DNA of 16,576 bases from Octopus sinensis (Eukaryota): assembly GCF_006345805.1 (NCBI RefSeq), contig NW_021825149.1, positions 1 through 16,576 on the forward strand, written 5' to 3'. The translations under genes were made by a program, and so were the position numbers. Each line of letters opens with the position of its first letter. Position 1 is the stretch's first letter. The notes below the pieces were generated by a model that did no database searches, had not been told where the DNA came from, and saw only the letters and a list, made by a program, of their open reading frames with translations. Below are positions 9,408 to 16,576 of the stretch, in pieces.

Positions 9408-11262
9408 CTCTCGAGCCATTATTGCGGAAGCTGGCAACCTTGAGAGGCATCCCGCGAGAACTGGGATGCGGGACGAGCGTGTCTGCATACGCGGACGACG
9501 TCACCGTCATAGTGTCTAGCCACGAGCACATCGAGCAGGTCGGCGAGACACTGAAAAATTACGAAGCGGTGACAGGAGCGAAAATCAACCGGGAAAAGTC
9601 AGTGGGCTTGCGACTAGGCACCTGGAGAAGCAAGCCCATGCCGTCCACCAGCGCCTCCGTCGTGGGACGCTGGACCGACGGCCCGGTTGAGTTGCTCGGG
9701 GTCTGGTTTGGTCCGGACCTCCAAGTGGAGAAGAACTGGAACGAGATAACGAGTAGGGTGGTCACTCTCGCCCGGCAATGGGCCGAAAGGAAACTGTCCC
9801 TAAAAGGTCGGGCGGAGGTGGCGAACACGTACATCGCGTCCGTCATCTACTACCGCTGACCGTCGTACCTTGTCCCGACCCTACCATCACCAAACTACAA
9901 CGCATTCTCTTTCGCTTCTTGTGGAAAGGATGCGTCCCGATGGTCAGGCGATCCATTTGCTGTCAACACCCGTTAAAAGGAGGGCTGGGCATGCCGTGGT
10001 TGATGATGCGCAGACACGCGCTGAGACTGCGACATCTCTGGCTCTATGTAGACGACGGTGAACAGGTGTGGTCGCCGTTTGTAAGGCACGCTTTTCCGCA
10101 GCTCGTCTCCATGACCGAACTGCAGTCGTGGATCAAAAAGAGGCCGAAGAAGGGCGAATGGCACCGCGAGTGTCGCGTTGCTCTCAAGCAACTCTGCCGT
10201 CCTGGGTCGACCTTGAGTGACTTCAACACAACCAAAGCATTCTATAGGGGTTTAGTGGAGGGGAGGTACGACGACGAGCTCGGGGCGAACCTGGACGTCG
10301 ACGAGGAGCACCTGACCCGCCTGTTCAGGACGACTTTCGGGCCAGGGCCCATGGACAACTTCCAGAGATCCCTGGCCTGGCAGTGCTACCGAGAAGCGCT
10401 ACCCGTTCGGGATAAGCTCTACAGACACGGCTCGAGAAAACAGGGGCCGACCTGCCCGAGATGCTGTCAGAGCGACGAAACCGTTCTGCACGCACTCGTG
10501 CAGTGTCCAACAATTTCCGACCTGTGGGCTTATGTCGAACAACTGCTGTCACGTGTGGGACGAGTCGGTTTATCAGCTGAGTCTATCGTCAATATTGTCA
10601 CGCCTCCCGCTTCAAACGGGAAGGAAGAGCTATTTTCATCATCCTTGTGGCTATGGCGAAAGAAGTATCTGGTGGACGCGTCTGAAAGGATTGGAGACAA
10701 ACACTTTCCTCTCTGGTCAATCTCTCATCAACTTCTTCAAGTACCACTTGAAAAGGAAAGTGAGAGTAGAGAGGCAAGTTTTGTCTAGCGAATGTTTTAA
10801 AAAAAGATGGGTGAATGTAGCAAGAATGGCACGTATGAATGACGAAGCCACCTTGAGCATGATCCTATGAACCCAGAAATTGAAAACAGAGAGTTGCTTA
10901 TTCGCAAAAAAAAAAAAGAAATATAACATGTGACTCCATTGACCGAGGTTACCGTGGTCTTTTCCGTAGGCTTTTCTTTCCACGGGTAAACCTCACCTGT
11001 CCTCCCCTTTACACTTCATATTGACATTTCTGTGATAACGATCCCTATTGATCAATTTTTTTTTCTTTTTTTTCTTTTTCTTTTTTCCTCTCCCCCTTTT
11101 TTTTAACCCGCCTTTTTTTTTGTCCTCTTTCTCTCCTTTTACGATCCCTTTTGATCGAAACTCCCCCTTCCTTTTTTTTTTTTTTTAAACCTTCAAAAGA
11201 AAAGCTCTACCTTGTAATTTGTTTATCTGTGTGCAGCCCTGTGTGGCTAATAAAGAAACAAA
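9408..11262 (+). mobile_element. 5'-truncated L1/Tx1-type LINE (3' half of ORF2 plus 3' UTR)
   Basis: GC- and CpG-rich island in AT-rich DNA, RT and C-terminal zinc-finger motifs, pyrimidine-rich 3' UTR, ending at AATAAAGAAAC before (ATCT)n. Confidence 0.9.
9410..10870 (+). pseudogene. LINE ORF2 remnant: reverse transcriptase C-terminal half plus zf-RVT, three frameshifts
   Basis: LEPLLRKL..AYADDVTV..AKINREKS..LLGVWF..LSLKGR..IASVIYYR / LTVVPCP..FLWKG..GGLGMP..LPVRDKL..CPRCCQSDETVLHALVQCP / FKREGRAIFIILVAMAKE / IWWTR..MIL* (TGA 10868-10870). Frameshifts lie near 9856, 10608 and 10664. Confidence 0.9.
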
Positions 11263-11265
11263 ACA

Positions 11266-11350
<85 letters not shown>

Positions 11351-11352
11351 GT

Positions 11353-11433
<81 letters not shown>

Positions 11434-11440
11434 AATCTAT
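11266..11440. repeat. (ATCT)n microsatellite
   Basis: Direct tandem repeat. Confidence 0.95.
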
Positions 11441-11635
11441 ATACACACGTCTTCAATGTGAATATTCGTCCAAATATCTTTTACCTTCCACCTTGTGTTT
11501 ATATCACACCTCTGCCTACCCGATGCTTTCTTTATAAAGACATTCTTTTAATTCTAATATAATATAAAAAAATGGAGCCCGGGAAGCTAGTGTTGGAGGA
11601 AATGCTTAACAGTATTCCTTATGGCTCCACCTTCT

Positions 11636-11730
11636 GTCCTCCGAGGTCGACTTTGCTTTTCATCCTCTCGGGGTCGAGAGAATAATTACCGACTAAGCAG
11701 CATTGAGGTCACTGAAATCAACCTATCCTA
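11636..11730 (+). mobile_element. degenerate SINE core fragment (same family as 14488-14715)
   Basis: CCGAGGTCGACTTTGCTTTTCATCCTCTCGGGGTCGA matches 14574-14610. Confidence 0.65.
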
Positions 11731-11769
11731 TCCCATACAACTGCTTCTATCGAAATTTGAAACGATTCT

Positions 11770-11839
11770 CATCGTCATCATCATCATCATCATCATCATC
11801 ATTATTATCATTATTATTATTATATTATTATTATTATTA

Positions 11840-11870
<31 letters not shown>
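11770..11870. repeat. (CAT)n(TAT)n microsatellite
   Basis: Direct tandem repeat. Confidence 0.9.
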
Positions 11871-12435
11871 GATAAAATCGATTATATTTAAGCCTCCCCA
11901 CCACCGCGAATCCGTGGCCTTTGAGTCTTTGTCAAAAATCAATATTTAAACAATTTCATTTGTCGTAAAAGAAAACCCGATTAAAGAAAAAGGAACAGCT
12001 AAAATGGCTGCTCATGAAGAGCTATTTCCAGTCTTCAATTTGATTTCTGTCTAAAACACTGAGAAGAACACCTCAACTTTCCGTAAGATAAACTTCTAAA
12101 AATACAAATTGCAGTTGAAATAATTTGATTCTACTAGAAAATCGATAGTAACTGTATTAAATTGTACCGTACGTGCCCACTGAATAGAAATTTACTGTTA
12201 TTAGTATTGTTTTTCAATAGTTTTATTTTCATTGCGTGCTTTCGCTGTAAAATCGAGCGCAGCTATATGTGTCTTGGGTAGGTACAGCGTTTTGTTTTAG
12301 TGTTTTTGTGTTAGTCTTTATTATTGACTTTCATTTATTCTATATAATACGTCTGTGCTGTCTCAAGTAGCGTCTTTGTATTCATAGTACTGTATGTAAT
12401 AGGCGCAGAGAACCTAGTCGTGTTATATATATATA

Positions 12436-12660
12436 TATTCTTTATTGGCAATATGAGTTCAGGGCCTATTTTATTCCAACAACTTTACAAGCTTTGTATG
12501 TACTAGCTAGTACTACTTATTTTTTTATGTTGTGCGTCTGTACAAGTCCTGGAACCGCTGTAAGATGTGTGCAGTGTTTTGAAGTACAATTTCACTAACA
12601 GTCTCTTGATATGCATGAACATTAGCTAATGGGGCTTGTGTATTGAGAATGCTTTACATA
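12436..12660 (-). mobile_element. possible degenerate 3' end of another RLE-clade LINE
   Basis: Minus strand encodes EIVLQNTAHILQRFQDLYRRTT*, resembling the R4-type terminal motif QKxVLLGTAHILRxxL, and ends in AATAAAGAATA against a TA run. Weak support. Confidence 0.3.
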
Positions 12661-12663
12661 ATA

Positions 12664-13230
12664 TTGGGTTTTCCGGAAAGTTCGTGCCGGTTTTTTAAAA
12701 GAAAGAAAAAAGTCAATAAATACTTGCCATTGCATTTTTAATCAACCAAATATGAACCATTTTGTTGCACAATGCGTCTCCATCTTTCCTTTAATTTGAA
12801 AATACCCTCTTCCCAGAATTGAGGTGGTTTCATAGCAAAAACTTCATCAAGGTATCTTTTAACGTCATCCAAGCAATTGAAATTTTTACCATTAAGACTA
12901 TTCTGCAGAGATCTGAATAAGTGGAAATCCGAAGGAGCAATATCTGGTGAATATGGAGGGTGGAGTAACACATCCCAGCCGAGCCGCAGCAATTTTTGTC
13001 TGGTTCCGAAAGCATCAAGTACCGAAAATGAACTTTCTTACCTTCCATTTTAAAGGGTTACAGAATTAACACAGGTTATAGGAACATAAACCTTCTTTCA
13101 AGAAAAGATAGCTTAAACTGTGCTCTAAATGGAGGTGTAGTCAAATCCTATTTAATGGACTCAACCATGTTCTAAAAAAAGTCGAAAGATAAGCTACTAT
13201 AAATTGACACGAACTTTCCGGACAACCCAA
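12664..13230 (-). mobile_element. internally deleted mariner transposon with both TIRs and TA target duplication
   Basis: Left TIR TTGGGTTTTCCGGAAAGTTCGTGCCGGTTT (12664-12693); right TIR reverse complement TTGGGTTGTCCGGAAAGTTCGTGTCAATTT (13201-13230); TA at 12662-12663 and 13231-13232. Confidence 0.92.
12738..13048 (-). pseudogene. mariner transposase remnant: N-terminal 13 aa fused out of frame to the C-terminal ~90 aa
   Basis: ATG at 13048 gives MEGKKVHFRYLML (mariner N-terminus, mellifera-like). The deletion junction is near 13008, followed by TRQKLLRLGWDVLLHPPYSPDIAPSDFHLFRSLQNSL...GIFKLKERWRRIVQQNGSYLVD* with the YSPDLAPSD motif. Confidence 0.92.
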
Positions 13231-13237
13231 TATATAT

Positions 13238-13270
<33 letters not shown>

Positions 13271-13445
13271 TATATATAAGGGCTTAGTAAAATAAATTAC
13301 TTTGCCACATACTGAACTCATTAGAAATAGCAGCTAAAGAAATTTCTTTAGCTATTTCTAATACTTAAAGAAGATCTCTCTCAGATAGTGTTTGCTCAAA
13401 CCAACTCACAAAGGTATGGGGGAAAAAACATTAAAAAATCAAGTG

Positions 13446-13518
13446 CAAAGGTTATTTGAGAACGTACGTTTCTAGATTAGTCAAATCGACATTTCTTTCG
13501 TCAGCTCAGAACTCCTTG
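13446..13518 (-). ncRNA. type I hammerhead ribozyme (copy 1); predicted cleavage between 13461 and 13460
   Basis: RNA: CAAGG a GUU c UGAG CUGACGA a AGA aau GUCG auu UGAC uaa UCU a GAAAC guac GU U | CUCA aau AAC CUUUG. It has intact CUGANGA, GAAA and GUH, an extended stem I and a palindromic stem III (ACGUACGU). The stem II closing pair is atypical (A.A). Confidence 0.72.
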
Positions 13519-14002
13519 GTTCGGATTTGGGAACACTGAAAGTGGGAGCATATCCTTTTGGCTTCTTATCACCTCTAGAATTCTGCTCGAACTAAAAGTG
13601 TTTTCAAATTCAAAATATGCAAGCGAAGAATTTCTGCTCTCTCCTTTCCACCAGCGTGGGTTGAAATTGATAAACACTATGATTTATCGGTGAAAACCGA
13701 AGCATTAAACAGAGAGAGATGAATTATAATTTCAACAATTGAGGGTAAAATTAATTAATTATTAATCAATTTCACCAAGTATTCAGTATGTAAAGGGACC
13801 ATTTTAGGCGAATTCAAAATATTACATTATATATAAGGGCTTAGTAAAATAAATTACTTTGCCACATACTGAACTCATTAGAAATAGCAGCTAAAGAAAT
13901 TTCTTTAGCTATTTCTAATACTTAAAGAAGATCTCTCTCAGATAGTGTTTGCTCAAACCAACTCACAAAGGTATGGGGGAAAAAACATTAAAAAATCAAG
14001 TG

Positions 14003-14075
14003 CAAAGGTTATTTGAGAACGTACGTTTCTAGATTAGTCAAATCGACATTTCTTTCGTCAGCTCAGAACTCCTTG
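14003..14075 (-). ncRNA. type I hammerhead ribozyme (copy 2); predicted cleavage between 14018 and 14017
   Basis: Identical to 13446-13518. Confidence 0.72.
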
Positions 14076-14378
14076 GTTCGGATTTGGGAACACTATAGTA
14101 TTAAAAGTAGTTAATGAGTAGAGTCGATATTCAGTGCTGTTAAAAAGAAAGCGTTGTATGTCGTATATGTAAGTATTGTTGAGTGAAAGCTGATGGATGG
14201 TTATTTCCAATTAGAAATGCATGTCGTTTGATAGAGTTTTCCGATTTTCTTTAGAACCTTAAAGACAGTGTTTTCAGCCGTTGCGGTGATTGCATACATC
14301 TGTGGGTTGAATTGTATGAGCATTAGCGTTCATTAAGGAAAGGCTACGTGTAAGACTCGTTGAAATATCGGTTTGTTA

Positions 14379-14414
14379 ACACACACAGAGACACACACAC
14401 ACAAACACAAGCAT

Positions 14415-14447
<33 letters not shown>

Positions 14448-14451
14448 CACA
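14379..14451. repeat. (CA)n microsatellite
   Basis: Direct tandem repeat. Confidence 0.9.
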
Positions 14452-14487
14452 AAATCATGCATATTTCGTATTAGTTAAGTCCATAAA

Positions 14488-14715
14488 GGCGGCGAGCTGG
14501 CAGAAACGTTAGCACGCCAGGCAAAATGCTTAGCGGTATTTCGTCTGCCGTTACGTTCTGAGTTCAAATTCCGCCGAGGTCGATTTTGCCTTTCATCCTT
14601 TCGGGGTCGATTAAATAAGTAGTAGTTACGTACTGGGGTCGATAAAATCGACTTAATCCGTTTGTCTGTCTTTGTTTGTCCTCTCTGTGTTTAGCCCCTT
14701 GTGGGTAGTAAAGGA
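14488..14715 (+). mobile_element. full-length tRNA-derived SINE with Meta-domain-like core
   Basis: Head GGCGGCGAGCTGGCAGAAACGTTAG, B-box-like GAGTTCAAATTCC (~14560-14572), core GCCTTTCATCCTTTCGGGGTCGATTAAATAAGTA, tail TGTGTTTAGCCCCTTGTGGGTAGTAAAG. Confidence 0.82.
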
Positions 14716-14890
14716 TTAGAACCATTAGCTCCCCGGGCAAAAAGTGTTATCGGCATCTCGTCTGTCTTTACGTTCTGAGTTCAAATTCCATCGAAGTCGA
14801 CTTCACCTTCCATCCTTTCGGGGTCGATAAATTAAGTACCTTACTCCTCCTTCAAACTCGCTGGCCTTGTGCCAAAATTTGGAACCATTA
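14716..14890 (+). mobile_element. second, older SINE of the same superfamily with a different tail
   Basis: TTACGTTCTGAGTTCAAATTCC and CCTTCCATCCTTTCGGGGTCGATAAATTAAGTACC are shared with the preceding copy; the tail is GGCCTTGTGCCAAAATTTGGAACC. Confidence 0.75.
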
Positions 14891-15300
14891 TTTAAAAGTC
14901 CACAAAGGGAAGGAAACGTCTAAAGGGAAGCATCTCTGGTAAACTTAGCTTTTCGATAAATAGAGATCGATAAAAAGACTACTATTCAAAACTTTAGGGG
15001 CAAATAACTCCCTAAATGTTCTCGTTACTATTTTAATGGATAAATTTATAGATCTTCGTTATATTTTATGATTACAGTTCTATATTTAAGAGATGAGGAA
15101 TTATGTACATTGTTTACATTATTTACATTTGACCACGGGCATATGGCGTAGTGGTTAAGAGCGTGGGCTACTAACCCCAAGATTCCAAGTTCGATTCCAG
15201 GCGGTGACCTGAATAATATTACTAACAATAATAATAATAAAAACAATAGCAACAACAACAATAATAATAATGATAATAATAATAATAATAATAATAATTA

Positions 15301-15385
15301 TCAGACGGGTAGTCATGATGGGTATACTGGGCTTCGTATATTTTACCCCAGTGTCACTTTGATGGCATGCACTGCTTTCTCACTC

Positions 15386-15386
<1 letters not shown>
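15301..15386 (+). mobile_element. ~85-bp insertion within the (AAT)n array, probably a severely 5'-truncated LINE 3' end
   Basis: Unique sequence with hairpin ACTGGG...CCCAGT, flanked on both sides by (AAT)n. Dong/R4 elements are known to target (TAA)n. Assignment is by inference. Confidence 0.45.
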
Positions 15387-15416
<30 letters not shown>

Positions 15417-15462
15417 TCGAAAAATACCTTAGGAATGAGAACCCAGGTTCGAAATCTCCCCA

Positions 15463-15509
15463 GGACACCTGATGAAGGCTGGAGGGTATATCAGCCGAAA
15501 TGTTGTGTT
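15463..15509 (+). ncRNA. minimal type I hammerhead ribozyme; predicted cleavage after 15504
   Basis: G GACAC CUGAUGA a GGCUG-gaggguauau-CAGCC GAAA U G U U | GUGUU. Stem I is GACAC/GUGUU and stem II is 5 bp. The loopless stem III reads AUGU, probably a CpG-decayed ACGU palindrome. Confidence 0.72.
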
Positions 15510-16159
15510 AACAACAAGCAAGATGAGGACATATATTCGTCAAATGTAAACAATGTAAATAATGTAATTTATGATTTACTTTAAACATTTCAATGATGTC
15601 TTCAACGTTGTTCCATAGTTAAGGTTCTTTAAATCATAACACCCGAACACATGTCGTGACGAGCAGAATAATATAGAACTTTCATAACCCCGCATCATTC
15701 CTTTATATTATCTATCTATATCGTTTTGGGCAAGATTCCCCGACAAAAACAACAAAACAAAAAGAAAAAAAACAATCTTTCTCTTCAAGCGTTCCTGTCT
15801 TCCACGACATTTTGAGGTCTTCTATTCGTAACTCGACATCACGAACAAAGTTAATCAATGTTGGTCAATTCTGGGTCATCTGGCATAAGAATTCCCATGT
15901 CTCGAGATCCACAAAAAAAGCGCTCACTCACTAATCATATTTGCTTCAATAACAACGACCAGAATATCTTGCCTTCCGCTCTCGAAATGATTGATGATGC
16001 GTTGGGGGAATGGTTGCAAGAAAGCTGCCTTCGTTTGATGTGGTTTCTTCCTCTTTTGCTTCGTTGTTAACCACCGCTATCGTCACTTCGGTATCGCCAC
16101 CGCTTTTGTTATTGTTGCTGCCGTTACGGTCCCGTTCTGTCGCAGCTCCCGCTGCTACC

Positions 16160-16345
16160 GCCATCATCTTCACCGCCGTTATCATCTTCATCATCCCCAT
16201 CATCATTATCACCACCACCACCACCACCAGCACCAGCACCACCAGCACCAGCACCAGCACCAGCACCAGCACCACCACCACCAGCACCACCACCACAACC
16301 ACCACCAGCACCAGCACCAGCACCAGCACCAGCACCAGCACCAGC

Positions 16346-16376
<31 letters not shown>

Positions 16377-16410
16377 CCTCCACCTCCACCATCACCATCG
16401 TCTTCATCTA
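16160..16410. repeat. compound (CAT)n/(CAC)n/(CACCAG)n repeat
   Basis: Direct tandem repeats; source of the poly-T/S, poly-V/L and poly-G/A ORFs. Confidence 0.9.
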
Positions 16411-16439
16411 TCTTAATTAGCATTCACATCTAGAGTGCA

Positions 16440-16563
16440 CTTTCTACTAAAGGCACAAGGCCTGAAATATTGGTGGAGCGGGCTACTCTAATACATCAAC
16501 CCCAAGCGTTTTCACTGGTACTCAATTTATCGATCTTGAAAGGGCGAAAGGCTAAGTCAACCA
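16440..16563 (-). mobile_element. degenerate SINE fragment (Meta-core family, tail as in 14716-14890)
   Basis: Minus strand reads GGTTGACTTAGCCTTTCGCCCTTTCAAGATCGATAAATTGAGTACCAG...GGGGTTGATGTA...AGGCCTTGTGCC. Confidence 0.6.
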
Positions 16564-16576
16564 TAATAACAACCAA

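Larger units (their letters stand above)
13269..14094 (-). mobile_element. non-coding 557-bp unit in partial tandem (identical 269-bp direct repeats 13269-13537 and 13826-14094), retrozyme or Penelope pseudo-LTR-like
   Basis: The two copies appear identical base by base at an offset of 557. Each contains a hammerhead motif and a 43-bp palindrome. There is no ORF. Confidence 0.8.
15073..15566 (+). mobile_element. tRNA-headed non-coding element with hammerhead ribozyme and an upstream inverted tail copy
   Basis: Inverted tail (15106-15133 vs 15539-15566, 26/28 identical); tRNA-like head 15137-15210 with A-box TGGCGTAGTGG (15144-15154) and B-box AGTTCGATTCC (15188-15198); (AAT)n linker; HHR at 15463-15509. 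Confidence 0.72.

Noticed and set aside
13269-14094. Interpretation as an LTR retrotransposon/TRIM or CRISPR-like array
   Set aside because: No TG...CA termini, PBS, PPT or TSD were seen, and there are only two long repeats in a eukaryotic context.
15137-15210. Possible functional tRNA gene
   Set aside because: The acceptor and T stems pair poorly and there is no oligo-T terminator, so it is better explained as a SINE head. The same applies to the heads at 3163 and 3800.
15946-16423. Gly/Ala-, Thr/Ser- or Val/Leu-rich ORFs resembling silk or mucin
   Set aside because: Open in several frames on both strands because of pure CAC/CACCAG repeats, with no codon degeneracy or flanking domain.

Overview
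AT-rich, microsatellite-dense eukaryotic (animal) intergenic or intronic DNA. The SINE families and the TA/TATG/ATCT arrays look like Octopus/coleoid cephalopod, recognised from memory and not verified. No intact host gene is supported, and most listed ORFs are microsatellite translation artefacts. The window is a mosaic of decayed transposons: an R4/Dong-type (RLE) LINE 3' end, a Penelope GIY-YIG remnant, a Helitron helicase fragment with its 3' end, a 5'-truncated Tx1/L1-type LINE, an internally deleted mariner, several tRNA-derived SINEs and a MITE-like palindrome. The most interesting signal is a set of non-coding elements carrying minimal type I hammerhead ribozyme (HHR) motifs. (1) A 557-bp unit has two identical HHRs in tandem 269-bp direct repeats (13269-14094, minus strand; retrozyme/circRNA-like). 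(2) A tRNA-headed SINE-like element carries an HHR and a Penelope-style inverted copy of its tail (15073-15566). (3) A degenerate HHR lies between perfect 39-bp inverted repeats (8729-8924).
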